Below are positions 1 to 8,494 of a stretch of DNA of 64,000 nt, one piece after another (within the stretch, counting starts at the first letter, position 1; each line of letters begins with the position of its first letter). Made by a program: the position numbers and the translations under genes. The stretch comes from Candidatus Omnitrophota bacterium. Its GTDB lineage: Bacteria > Omnitrophota > Gorgyraeia > 2-01-FULL-45-10. A model generated the notes under the pieces. The model ran no database searches. It saw only the letters and a program-made list of their open reading frames with translations, and had not been told where the DNA came from. The stretch lies in contig JAGVGJ010000003.1 in NCBI GenBank assembly GCA_020057115.1, forward strand, positions 100,528 to 164,527, given 5' to 3'.

Positions 1-9
1 ATGGTGGGC

Positions 10-969
10 CTATTTGAACTCGATGTACGCATTTTTCCTAAGATTGAACACCCAGACCCTTATTTTATCCCTTATCTTCTGACGGAAGAGCGTCTCCTCT
101 ATCTCTCTGCGGACCTCCGAGAAATCCTTCTCCTTGCGCTCCAACCGGTCCTCGACCTTGAATATATGGTAGCCGAGATCGGTGCGGATGATGTCTGACA
201 CATCGCCCGGCTTAAGCTCGAATATGACCTTCTCTATCTCCGGCAGGATGTCGCCCTTCTTGATGTAGCCCATATCACCGCCTTCGGCCGCATTGGGCCC
301 TTCCGAATACTCCTTCGCGATCGCGACAAAATCTCCGCCCTGGCGTATCCTTCCGAGAAGCTCCTTTGCAAGCTCCTCGGCCTTCTGGGGAGGAAGGTCC
401 TGCTTAGGTCTTATGAGTATGTTGCGCAGCTTCACCTGTTCCGGCTGGACGAACTCGCTCGAGCGCTTCTGGTAATAATCCCTTACCTCGACGGGGGATA
501 TCGATATCGTCGAACCTATCTTGGAGTCGATGAGCTTGCGCACCATCATCTGTTCTTTATAATTCTTCCTTAGCTCCTTCAATGTCAGCCCCTGCTCGGC
601 AAGGGCCTTCTCCATGTCATCCTGGCTCGGGAAACGCTTCAGCACCTCTCTCACCCTGGCTTCGATATCCCTATCCTCGATCGGCACCTCGATCCTCTTG
701 GCCTCGCTCAGTATCAGCTTATCCTCAACGAGCTGTTCGATGACTTTCCTTCTTACCTCTTCGAGCTTCTTTATCAATTCATCCCCATAGTATAGTCCGC
801 GATACTGCTCGTATATCGGCTCAAGTATCCGCTCTATTTCGCGCTCGGAGACCGCCTCGCCGTTAACGACGACGACTATCTTGTCGACGACTACGGCCAG
901 CGCCGCACCGAGACTGAGCGCTATCGAAAGAAAGACGACTGCCGCTAACAGCCTTCTTGATATGGTCAC
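10..969 (-). CDS. SurA-like periplasmic chaperone / parvulin-type peptidyl-prolyl cis-trans isomerase (PpiC domain, N-terminal signal peptide)
   Basis: ORF translation has a hydrophobic signal peptide, a SurA_N-like chaperone region and a rotamase motif (DLGYHIFKVEDR). Its start overlaps the stop of the upstream gene. Confidence 0.8.
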   Translation of the reverse strand: MTISRRLLAAVVFLSIALSLGAALAVVVDKIVVVVNGEAVSEREIERILEPIYEQYRGLYYGDELIKKLEEVRRKVIEQLVEDKLILSEAKRIEVPIEDRDIEARVREVLKRFPSQDDMEKALAEQGLTLKELRKNYKEQMMVRKLIDSKIGSTISISPVEVRDYYQKRSSEFVQPEQVKLRNILIRPKQDLPPQKAEELAKELLGRIRQGGDFVAIAKEYSEGPNAAEGGDMGYIKKGDILPEIEKVIFELKPGDVSDIIRTDLGYHIFKVEDRLERKEKDFSEVRREIEETLFRQKIRDKIRVWVFNLRKNAYIEFK

Positions 970-1841
970 TTTACCGCCTTCTCTTTCTCTTTGTCTATAA
1001 GCTCTAAAGATTTGAATACGTCGCCTTCCACTTCGACCTTATATCTGCTCTTAAGGTCCATGACTAGCCGGTCGAAGAGCTCGCTCCGCTTTGCCTTCTT
1101 GAGCTCTTCGATCACCTTGGCCTTGACCTTTTCATACGGCTCGACCGACGGCTCCTTCTTGCCGGTGAGTTTTATGACATGGTAACCGAACTCCGTGTGG
1201 ATGATGGGCCCGACTTCGCCCGGCTTCAGCTTAAGGCAGGCCGCCTCAAAGGCCGGAATGATCTGCCCCTGCCTGAAGTAGCCGACATCGCCGCCGCGAG
1301 TCGCGGTGGCGTCCATCGACTTTTCTCTTGCAAGGGTCTCGAAGCTCGCGCCATTCGATATCTGGCCTAATATGTCCTGAGCCTCTTTCTCCGTAGATAC
1401 CAGTATGTGGGACGCGCGCCAAAGCTCCTGGGACTTGAACTCTTCCTTGTGCTCTTCGTAGAATTTTCTCGCTTCAGAATCCTCGATCTTTATCTTGCTC
1501 TCCACCTCTTTTTGGATAAGCTTGGCTATCAATATCTTTTTCTTGGCCTCCACGAGCACCTGCTTGACCTCCTTGTCGCGGTCAAGAGACTGCCTGATAG
1601 CCTCTTCATAGAACATCATCTCAACGATAGTCTCATCGAGAAAACGCTTCTTATTCTTATCTATCATGTTCCTGTAATAAGACGGGACCTTTTCTATCCT
1701 CTTCCTGAAGTCTCCGAGCGTGATGTACTTATTGCTCATCCTGGCGAGGACCCTGTCATCGGCGGAAGGTTTTTTGGCGCAGCCGTAGGCAGCCGCGAAA
1801 AGGAATAATACTATTGTTATAGCAGATAATGCTCTCTTCAT
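966..1841 (-). CDS. PrsA/PpiC-type peptidyl-prolyl isomerase, probable lipoprotein
   Basis: Rotamase motif (FGYHVIKL). The track ORF starts at a TTG at 1883; I prefer the ATG at 1841 (MKRALSAITIVLFLFAAAYGCAKK, lipobox-like AYGC), which has a consensus promoter just upstream. Confidence 0.75.
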   Translation of the reverse strand: MKRALSAITIVLFLFAAAYGCAKKPSADDRVLARMSNKYITLGDFRKRIEKVPSYYRNMIDKNKKRFLDETIVEMMFYEEAIRQSLDRDKEVKQVLVEAKKKILIAKLIQKEVESKIKIEDSEARKFYEEHKEEFKSQELWRASHILVSTEKEAQDILGQISNGASFETLAREKSMDATATRGGDVGYFRQGQIIPAFEAACLKLKPGEVGPIIHTEFGYHVIKLTGKKEPSVEPYEKVKAKVIEELKKAKRSELFDRLVMDLKSRYKVEVEGDVFKSLELIDKEKEKAVK

Positions 1842-1854
1842 GTTATTAGGATAA

Positions 1855-1883
1855 ATTATAGCATAAAGGTATAAGTGTTTCAA
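1855..1883 (-). promoter_or_regulatory. sigma70-type promoter TTGAAA-17nt-TATAAT for the PrsA-like gene (near-leaderless)
   Basis: On the minus strand: TTGAAAcacttatacctttatgcTATAATttatcctaataacATG. Spacer is exactly 17 nt. Confidence 0.55.
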
Positions 1884-1944
1884 TAACTATGGCAACAGGT
1901 CTCTCGTGAGCGAATTTTCCTTCTCGGTGAGGCTGTCGGCCCTC

Positions 1945-2120
1945 TTGGGGTAGGTCTTGTGCGCGGACGTTCACTCAGATTAGCCATCTTCGCTCACTCC
2001 GAAAAATTTTGATGGCCGTCCAACCCGGACTATAAAGAAAGCTATTGACAGGTTTGTCCGGCCTTTCTAAACCGGCATAAGGAATCAAAATTTTTCAAGG
2101 CCGCTTCAAGACCTACCCCA
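1945..2120. repeat. nested inverted repeats forming a structured intergenic element (outer 13-bp perfect IR GGGGTAGGTCTTG/CAAGACCTACCCC; inner IR CCGAAAAATTTTGATGG/CCTTGAAAAATTTTGATT)
   Basis: Read directly from the sequence at 1948-1960 and 2107-2119 (outer) and 1990-2006 and 2083-2100 (inner). Confidence 0.5.
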
Positions 2121-2170
2121 GCGGGCCGCGCCTGCGCATGGGGAAAATTCTAATACCAGGTTCGAGCGAG

Positions 2171-2302
2171 TTACCCTTCGTGGTGGGGTGTCCTGAAGCG
2201 ACGTCGAAGGCCGCGATCTTTCAACGAAGATTGCGGCCTTCCGAGCGAGCTTTCCTCTGGAAAGTGAGCGTTCGCGTAAGGATACCCCACCACGAAGGGT
2301 AC
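2171..2302. repeat. long compound hairpin (outer IR CCCTTCGTGGTGGGGTGTCC / GGATACCCCACCACGAAGGG) enclosing a degenerate copy of the GTCAT...ATGAC hairpin family (GAAGGCCGCGATC ... GATTGCGGCCTTC)
   Basis: Inverted repeats read from the sequence. Shares CGAAGGCCG and AGTGAGCG motifs with the copies at 4210-4310 and 49814-49880. Confidence 0.5.
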
Positions 2303-2306
2303 AGAG

Positions 2307-4214
2307 CTACGCTTTATAGGAATCGATCGCGCCTTTGAGGAGGCGGCAGTACATGTCGAAACCGACGGCGTGGACATATCCGTGCTGTTCGGTGCCGAGG
2401 ATGTTGCCTGCGCCGCGCATCTGGAGGTCTTCCATGGCAAGCTTCATGCCGGACCCAAGCTCCTGGAACCTCTTTATGGCCACAAGCCTTCTCTGGGAGT
2501 CGGCGGTCAGGACCGCCTTTCTCGGAATAAGAAGATATGCGTAAGCCTCGCGGGTAAAGCGGCCTACCCTGCCTCGAAGCTGGTATAGGTCTGACAGGCC
2601 GAATGCATCGGCGCGGTTTATGATAATGGTGTTTGCATTCGGGATATCTATGCCGGATTCGATGATAGTGGTCGAGACAAGGCAGTCGACATCTCCGCGG
2701 ATAAATTTCGTCATAGTCGATTCGAGCGCCTTCTCGGGCATCTGGCCGTGGGCCACGGCTATCGTCACTTCCGGGACAAGCGCCTTGAGAGCCACGGCTA
2801 TCTTCTCAATACCCTTTACCCTGTTATGCACGAAGAAGACCTGGCCTCCCCGCTTCTTCTCGCGCAAAAGGGCTTCGCGGATCAAGTGGTCATCGTATGA
2901 CGCCACAAGCGTATCGACCGGCAGCCTCTCGGACGGAGGCGTATTTATGACCGATATGTCCCTCCCGCCCATTAGCGCAAGATACAGCGTACGCGGTATC
3001 GGCGTCGCGGTCAAAGTCAGGACATCGACTGTGACGCGCAGCTTCTTCAGGTGTTCCTTGGCCCGGACACCGAAGCGCTGTTCTTCGTCAATAATTACGA
3101 GCCCTAGATCCTTAAACTTGATATCGGACGAAAGGAGCCTGTGAGTTCCTATCACCACATCCACAGATCCGTTTGCGACGCCTTCGACCACGGCACGCTG
3201 TTCCTGGAACGACCTGAAGCGCGAAAGCATCTCGATCTTGACCGGGTATTTCGCCATCCTTTTAGTGAAAGTATTGTAGTGCTGCTCGGCCAGGATGGTC
3301 GTGGGGACGAGCATGGCGACCTGTTTATTGTCCATCACCGCCTTGAAGGCAGCCCTTAACGCGACCTCTGTCTTGCCGTAGCCGACATCTCCCGTAAGGA
3401 GCCTGTCCATAGGGCGGGGCTGCTCCATATCTTTCTTTAATTCTATCGTTGACCTCGTCTGGTCGGGGGTCTCCTTATACGGGAACTCTTTCTCGAACTG
3501 GGCCTGCCACTCTATGTCTGCTGAGAATTTGAACCCGCGGACCGCCGAGCGCTTCGCCTGCAAGTCCAGCAGTTCGATAGCCACCTTACCCACGCCTTCT
3601 CTTACGCGCTCCTTTACCTTCTGCCAGGACTTTGTCCCGAGCTTATAGAGCCTGGGCTCTCTTGACTCAAAACCGAGATATCTCTGGATCTTGTCGATAT
3701 CGGTAAAAGGTACGAATAATTTGTCGCCGTCCGCATACTGGACGACGAGGTGCTCGACGTAGGCCTTGCCTATCTTCACCTTCTCGATGCCCAGATATTT
3801 CCCTATGCCGTGATCGACATGGACGATATAGTCGCTGGCATCTATGTCGACGAAGTTGTTTACGGCCGCATCTTCTGCGGGCCTGGCCTTGCCGCGGGAT
3901 ATGCGCCGCCTGATAAGACCTTTGATCGGCAGGATTATGCAGGCATTGTGGTCCTCGACAGCGTCGTATGTGAGCGGGTCGAGCGAGCGTATCTTCTCGA
4001 CCTTGTTCTGGGATAGCTCTATGCGTATGGGGTATTCGAATGTGACAGGATAGACGGTGATGGTGTCGCCTAGGCGCGAAAAGTCGCCCTCTTCAGCCGC
4101 GCGCTTAGCATAATGGTAACCGTAATCGACGAGCCTTGAGGAAAGGCTTTCGATATCGATATCTTCATTGAGGTAGATCTTGATGGAGTCGAGCATGAGT
4201 TCGTTAATTGTCAT
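2307..4214 (-). CDS. mfd: transcription-repair coupling factor Mfd, short form (RNAP-interaction domain, SF2 translocase and C-terminal TRCF domain; lacks the N-terminal UvrB-homology module)
   Basis: Motifs DEEQRFGV, TLTATPIPRTL and the TRCF C-terminus. The RID-like segment DYIVHVDHGIGKY is about 140 aa from the N-terminus. The track ORF starts at a TTG at 4241; the ATG at 4214 (MTINEL...) is preferred. Confidence 0.85.
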   Translation of the reverse strand: MTINELMLDSIKIYLNEDIDIESLSSRLVDYGYHYAKRAAEEGDFSRLGDTITVYPVTFEYPIRIELSQNKVEKIRSLDPLTYDAVEDHNACIILPIKGLIRRRISRGKARPAEDAAVNNFVDIDASDYIVHVDHGIGKYLGIEKVKIGKAYVEHLVVQYADGDKLFVPFTDIDKIQRYLGFESREPRLYKLGTKSWQKVKERVREGVGKVAIELLDLQAKRSAVRGFKFSADIEWQAQFEKEFPYKETPDQTRSTIELKKDMEQPRPMDRLLTGDVGYGKTEVALRAAFKAVMDNKQVAMLVPTTILAEQHYNTFTKRMAKYPVKIEMLSRFRSFQEQRAVVEGVANGSVDVVIGTHRLLSSDIKFKDLGLVIIDEEQRFGVRAKEHLKKLRVTVDVLTLTATPIPRTLYLALMGGRDISVINTPPSERLPVDTLVASYDDHLIREALLREKKRGGQVFFVHNRVKGIEKIAVALKALVPEVTIAVAHGQMPEKALESTMTKFIRGDVDCLVSTTIIESGIDIPNANTIIINRADAFGLSDLYQLRGRVGRFTREAYAYLLIPRKAVLTADSQRRLVAIKRFQELGSGMKLAMEDLQMRGAGNILGTEQHGYVHAVGFDMYCRLLKGAIDSYKA

Positions 4215-4310
4215 TGCGAGCGAACGAAGTGAGCGAAGCAATCTGTCAATGACGTGTTGATAGATTGCTTCGTCGGCACACGTGAAAGACTAAAGCCTCC
4301 TCGCAATGAC
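4210..4310. repeat. 101-nt imperfect hairpin element GTCATTGCGAGCGAACGAAGTGAGCGAAGCAATC...GATTGCTTCG...CTCGCAATGAC (GTCAT...ATGAC family)
   Basis: Terminal 11-nt inverted repeat GTCATTGCGAG/CTCGCAATGAC plus inner IR GAAGCAATCT/AGATTGCTTC. Overlaps the mfd start codon. Confidence 0.7.
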
Positions 4311-4319
4311 AGAAGAGTG

Positions 4320-6002
4320 CTACATCTTCTTCGGCAATGAAACGCCCAGGAGCCTGAGCCCGTTCGCAAGCACTATCCTGATACAGTCAACAAGGACCAG
4401 CCTTGCCTTTGTAAGCTCCAGGTCTTCGCTTACGACCCTGTGCTTATTGTAGAATGAGTGGAATAGCCCGGCCAAGTCCTGCAGATACTGGAGCACCGTA
4501 TACGGCTCGAGCGACTTGCCGGCCATCACGACCACAAGCGGGAATTGCCTTAAGACTTGCAGGAGCTCGAGCTCTTCGGGTTCCTTGAGCAGGCTTGAAT
4601 TAAAATCAGTGGACACGCTCGAGACATTCCCATGCTCAAGTATCGACCAGATGCGCGCGTGGGCATATTGGATATAATAGACCGGGCTTTCCATCGACTG
4701 GCTTTTCACGACGTCGAGATCGAAATCAAGGTGGCTCGACATGCGGCGCATGATAAAGCAGAAGCGCGCGACATCCTTGCCCACCTCTTCCCTAACCTCG
4801 CGCAATGTGATGAACTCGCCCGCCCTCGTCGACATCGACACCTGCTTGCCCCCCTTATAGAGGGTTGCAAGCTGGACGATCAGGACCGATATCGAATCGG
4901 CCGGATGGCCAAGCGCCTGGACAGCGGCCTTTATTCTAGGGACATAGCCGTGGTGGTCCGGGCCCCAGATATCTATTATCCTGCTAAAACCGCGCTTAAA
5001 TTTATCTTCATGGTAGGCGATGTCAGGGGTGAGATACGTCATGTTGCCGTCAGATTTTATGATGACCCTGTCCTTATCGTCGCCGAATGCCGTCGAGCGG
5101 AACCACACGGCGAGCTCTTCTTCGAATATGTGCCCTTTTTCCCTCAAGGCCTTTACGGTCTTCTCGACCTTGCCCGATTCGCGTAAACTCTTCTGACTAT
5201 ACCACATATCGAATTTGACCCCGAAGGCGTCCAGGTCTTCTTTTATATCCTTCATGAGCCAGTTAAGCCCGAACTCGCGGAATATCGCGATGTCAGCCTC
5301 GTCCTTATATTTATCTCCGTGGGCCTTCTTGAGATCGGAAGCGATATCATAGACATATCCGCCCTTATAACCATCGGCGAGAAAATCCTCTTTTATGCCG
5401 CATAGTTCGCGGTAACGCATACGGACAGATGCGCCGAGGACATTCATCTGGTTGCCTTCGTCGTTCAGGTAGTATTCCCTGGTGACATTATATCCGGCGA
5501 ATTGGAGTATATTGGCGAGCGAATCGCCTATCGCAGCCTGCCTACCATGGGCTATGGTGAGCGGGCCCGTCGGGTTGGCGCTCACGAATTCTATCTGGAG
5601 CTTTGCGCCTCGGCCGAAATCCGTCCGTCCGTAATCATCCTTATTATTCTCGATATCGAGCATAAGTCCGTCAAGATAGGCCCTCGACAGGAAGAAGTTC
5701 ACGAAGCCCGGCGCCTTTGCCTCGATCTTGTCTATTACACCCGCCATCTGAGACGCACCGAGATGCTCGGCCATCTTCTTTGCAAGCATGCCGGCAAGGT
5801 TCAGGGGCGACTGCCTGGCGGCTTTCGCCATCTTCATGGCGGCGTTGGTAGAAAGGTCGCCGTGCGAACGCTCCTTTGGTATCTCAAGCTCTATCTTGAG
5901 CTCGCCTGAGGGGGCGTCCTTCGCTCCGAGATCCGCCAAGACAAGACTGGCGGACTTCTCGATAAATTGCGTAAGGTTATTTTCTATTGTGTCACGGGAC
6001 AT
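4320..6002 (-). CDS. argS: arginyl-tRNA synthetase
   Basis: Class I catalytic core (…SANPTGPLTIAHGR…) and a DALR anticodon-binding C-terminus. Length 560 aa. Confidence 0.9.
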   Translation of the reverse strand: MSRDTIENNLTQFIEKSASLVLADLGAKDAPSGELKIELEIPKERSHGDLSTNAAMKMAKAARQSPLNLAGMLAKKMAEHLGASQMAGVIDKIEAKAPGFVNFFLSRAYLDGLMLDIENNKDDYGRTDFGRGAKLQIEFVSANPTGPLTIAHGRQAAIGDSLANILQFAGYNVTREYYLNDEGNQMNVLGASVRMRYRELCGIKEDFLADGYKGGYVYDIASDLKKAHGDKYKDEADIAIFREFGLNWLMKDIKEDLDAFGVKFDMWYSQKSLRESGKVEKTVKALREKGHIFEEELAVWFRSTAFGDDKDRVIIKSDGNMTYLTPDIAYHEDKFKRGFSRIIDIWGPDHHGYVPRIKAAVQALGHPADSISVLIVQLATLYKGGKQVSMSTRAGEFITLREVREEVGKDVARFCFIMRRMSSHLDFDLDVVKSQSMESPVYYIQYAHARIWSILEHGNVSSVSTDFNSSLLKEPEELELLQVLRQFPLVVVMAGKSLEPYTVLQYLQDLAGLFHSFYNKHRVVSEDLELTKARLVLVDCIRIVLANGLRLLGVSLPKKM

Positions 6003-6021
6003 TTGGTGAGGTTCTTTCGGG

Positions 6022-7137
6022 TTATCTTCTCTTAAGATATTTTATGAGCGCCTTCACGACTTTCGGATCGAACTGGTCGCCCGAGCATCTCTTGAGCTCC
6101 GCGATGGCCTGGTCGATAGAAAGGTGCCGCCTGTACGGCCTGTCGCTGGTCATCGCTTCATAGGCGTCGGCTACGGCAAGTATCCTCGCCTCTACGGGAA
6201 TGGCGTCCCTCTTCTTCGCCGTTACGGGATATCCTCCGCCTGAATACTTCACATGGTGGTACAGTATGGCGGGGACAAGATCATCCAGGAATCCCGCCTT
6301 CTTGATGATATCCGCTCCGGACCTAGGATGAGATTTCATCTCGCTCCATTCCTCCTTTGTGAGAGGAGCCGGCTTCCTCAGAATGCTTATGTCTATCCCT
6401 ATTTTACCGATATCATGCAAGAGGCTCGCGTATTTTACGATCGATCTCGTTCTCTCCGAAACTCCCAGCGTATCCGCTATCCCAAGCGAGAGCCTCATTA
6501 CGCACTCGGAATGGTCTTCGGTATACGTGTCCTTGGCGTCGATAACGCTCGCCAAAAGCTTCATCGTATTCAGGTAATTTGTCTTTATCTCTTCGAATAA
6601 TCTCGCGTTCTCTATCGCGACTGCAGCCTGGCTCGCGAATAGCGCAAGCTCCCGCTCATCGTCCTGAGAAAAAGCCGCATGCCTCTTGGCGCAACAGGCG
6701 ATGGCGCCTATGGACCTGTCATTCTTTATGAGGGGCACGACGAGGATGGAGCGCATGGCGCCGGCCTTGACGGCCTTGCAGAACATGTCATTCGAGCATC
6801 TGACCACATTCTCTATCCTGGTGGGGTCCTTCCTCTTTATCGCGCGCGCTATCATGCTGTTCTTAAGGGGGAGCGGCATGCTTAAAGCCGAATTTTTCTT
6901 GATACCATACGATGTCTTGACCGCGATATCGCCCTCATTCAGCATGTATATGACGCAGATGTCGGCTTTAAGTATGCTGGCGACCTTCTTTACTATGAGA
7001 GTGAGTATGGTGTCCAGATTAACGGAAGATGTTATGGACCTGGAGACTTCGTATAATGCGGTAAGCTCGTCTATCCTTGTCTTCAGGCTATCTTTTATGA
7101 GATACAGCCCTTGAAGATCTTTTTTTCTTTTTGTCAT
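6022..7137 (-). CDS. GAF domain + HD-GYP domain protein (putative c-di-GMP phosphodiesterase; HHE-type motif reads HHVKYSGGGYP)
   Basis: HD motif LLHDIGKIGI, a GYP motif, and a GAF-like N-terminal region. The 5' end overlaps the rsfS 3' end by about 50 nt. Confidence 0.75.
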   Translation of the reverse strand: MTKRKKDLQGLYLIKDSLKTRIDELTALYEVSRSITSSVNLDTILTLIVKKVASILKADICVIYMLNEGDIAVKTSYGIKKNSALSMPLPLKNSMIARAIKRKDPTRIENVVRCSNDMFCKAVKAGAMRSILVVPLIKNDRSIGAIACCAKRHAAFSQDDERELALFASQAAVAIENARLFEEIKTNYLNTMKLLASVIDAKDTYTEDHSECVMRLSLGIADTLGVSERTRSIVKYASLLHDIGKIGIDISILRKPAPLTKEEWSEMKSHPRSGADIIKKAGFLDDLVPAILYHHVKYSGGGYPVTAKKRDAIPVEARILAVADAYEAMTSDRPYRRHLSIDQAIAELKRCSGDQFDPKVVKALIKYLKRR

Positions 7138-7513
7138 GAGTTACTACCCGTCTCTTCTTCTTTGCCTCTTTATGCTTCTCCTGGGGCGCATCGGCCCATA
7201 GCCGCTCCAGGTCGTAGAACTTGCGCGTCTCCTCGTAGAAGACATGCGCCACCACGTCGCCGCAATCAAGCAGTATCCAGAGGGCTTCTTTCTGCCCCTC
7301 GGAATGCCACACCCTGCCTCCCGACTTCTTGAGCTCCTTCTCAATATTATCGGCGACGGCCCTCACGTGGGTCGTGGACGTGCCGCTGGCTATCACGAAG
7401 TAATCGGCGATGCTCGGTATCTTCCTCATGTCTATGGTGACGATATCCATGCCCTTCTTGTCCGACGCCGCCTCTGCTATGAATTTAGCCTTCTTCTTGG
7501 AGTCCATTCCCAC
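7088..7513 (-). CDS. rsfS: ribosome silencing factor RsfS (Iojap family) with a lysine-rich C-terminal tail
   Basis: Core Iojap region (DIVTIDMRKIPSIADYFVIASGTSTTHVRAVADNIEKELKK…GDVVAHVF). RBS GGAAGAGGTGGG precedes the ATG. Confidence 0.85.
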   Translation of the reverse strand: MGMDSKKKAKFIAEAASDKKGMDIVTIDMRKIPSIADYFVIASGTSTTHVRAVADNIEKELKKSGGRVWHSEGQKEALWILLDCGDVVAHVFYEETRKFYDLERLWADAPQEKHKEAKKKRRVVTHDKKKKRSSRAVSHKR

Positions 7514-7655
7514 CTCTTCCTATAAAAAAATAATCCCTTCAGGAACATAGTTCATATAAGGGATGTCTGATAATCGGCCTTAAGGGCTATCCGAAAAACG
7601 GATAGCCCTCAAAGGCATCAATTATCTATCAATTCGTCTAGCTTGCCGACAAAGA

Positions 7656-7799
7656 CTACTTCATTATCTTATACATGCCTGTTCCGCATGCTGTGCACTT
7701 ACCCTTCATCGCCTGGCGCTTGTTCTTCATGGTAACCTGTTGGGTGTCCTTCATCTCTTTCTTAGCCTTACACTTTACGCAATATCCTATCTCTGCCAT
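7656..7799 (-). CDS. small (47 aa) CxxC-x24-CxxC zinc-ribbon protein; not in the supplied ORF track (below length cutoff)
   Basis: Translation is MAEIGYCVKCKAKKEMKDTQQVTMKNKRQAMKGKCTACGTGMYKIMK. A strong SD (AAAGGAGGTGA) lies 7 nt upstream and a consensus promoter is present. Confidence 0.65.
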   Translation of the reverse strand: MAEIGYCVKCKAKKEMKDTQQVTMKNKRQAMKGKCTACGTGMYKIMK

Positions 7800-7831
7800 G
7801 ACAAATCACCTCCTTTTATTAAACGGTTATG

Positions 7832-7860
7832 ATTATACACTATAATAATGGGCTGGTCAA
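7832..7860 (-). promoter_or_regulatory. sigma70-type promoter TTGACC-17nt-TATAAT for the small zinc-ribbon gene
   Basis: On the minus strand: TTGACCagcccattattatagtgTATAATcataaccg…AAAGGAGGTGAtttgtcATG. Confidence 0.6.
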
Positions 7861-7881
7861 GGGAATAGCCCTCTTATTACC

Positions 7882-8451
7882 TTATTTATATAGATCATAT
7901 TCTGATATATACTGCCTGACCTTGTCCGGAACAAGATACCTTACCGACCTGCCCTCTTTGAGACGGCGTCTTATGTCTTCAGATGATACTTCTATCGGCG
8001 TTATGACGACCGTCTCGACCTCCTTCGGCACCTCTTTAAAGGGATAGCCGGGCCTTGAAGCAACTACGAACTTCGATATCTTGAATATATCATTAACATC
8101 CTTCCAGGAAAAGAGGTCCTTCAGCGAGTCTGATCCCGTTATGAAGAATAACTGCGAATCCTCGCCGAACTTTGACCTGAATTCCTTGAGCGTATCGATG
8201 GAATAGGATTTTTTCTTGGCATCCACCTCGATGGTGGATATGTCAAACGCCGGGTTGTCCTCGATGGCTATCTTGACCATCTTGAGGCGGTGCTTCGGCT
8301 CTATGATAGCCTCCGCCGCTTTATGCGGGGGCGCAAAAGTGGGGACGAATATCAGCTTGTCGAGCTTAAGCTTATGGTAAGCCTCTTCGGCAAGTATCAA
8401 GTGACCTATATGGATGGGATTAAAAGTACCGCCAAGTATGCCTATTCTCAT
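7882..8451 (-). CDS. nadD: nicotinate-nucleotide adenylyltransferase
   Basis: N-terminus MRIGILGGTFNPIHIGHL (HxGH motif). Length 189 aa. Confidence 0.9.
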   Translation of the reverse strand: MRIGILGGTFNPIHIGHLILAEEAYHKLKLDKLIFVPTFAPPHKAAEAIIEPKHRLKMVKIAIEDNPAFDISTIEVDAKKKSYSIDTLKEFRSKFGEDSQLFFITGSDSLKDLFSWKDVNDIFKISKFVVASRPGYPFKEVPKEVETVVITPIEVSSEDIRRRLKEGRSVRYLVPDKVRQYISEYDLYK

Positions 8452-8494
8452 TGCGAGAAACTCCTGTTTATAGCTTACAGCTTATAGCTTAAAG

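Noticed and set aside
1-198. 65-aa plus-strand ORF at the window start
   Set aside because: It is antisense to the SurA-like PPIase gene and has no supporting signals.
1883-4241. TTG start codons proposed by the ORF track for the PrsA-like gene (1883) and mfd (4241)
   Set aside because: Downstream ATG codons (1841, 4214) give sensible N-termini (lipoprotein signal; MTINEL…). The TTG extensions run into promoter or hairpin sequence.
7585-7613. hairpin AGGGCTATCCGaaaaaCGGATAGCCCT downstream of the zinc-ribbon gene as an intrinsic terminator
   Set aside because: The stem is good, but neither strand has an adjacent U-run. It may be a processing or stability hairpin, so it is not called.
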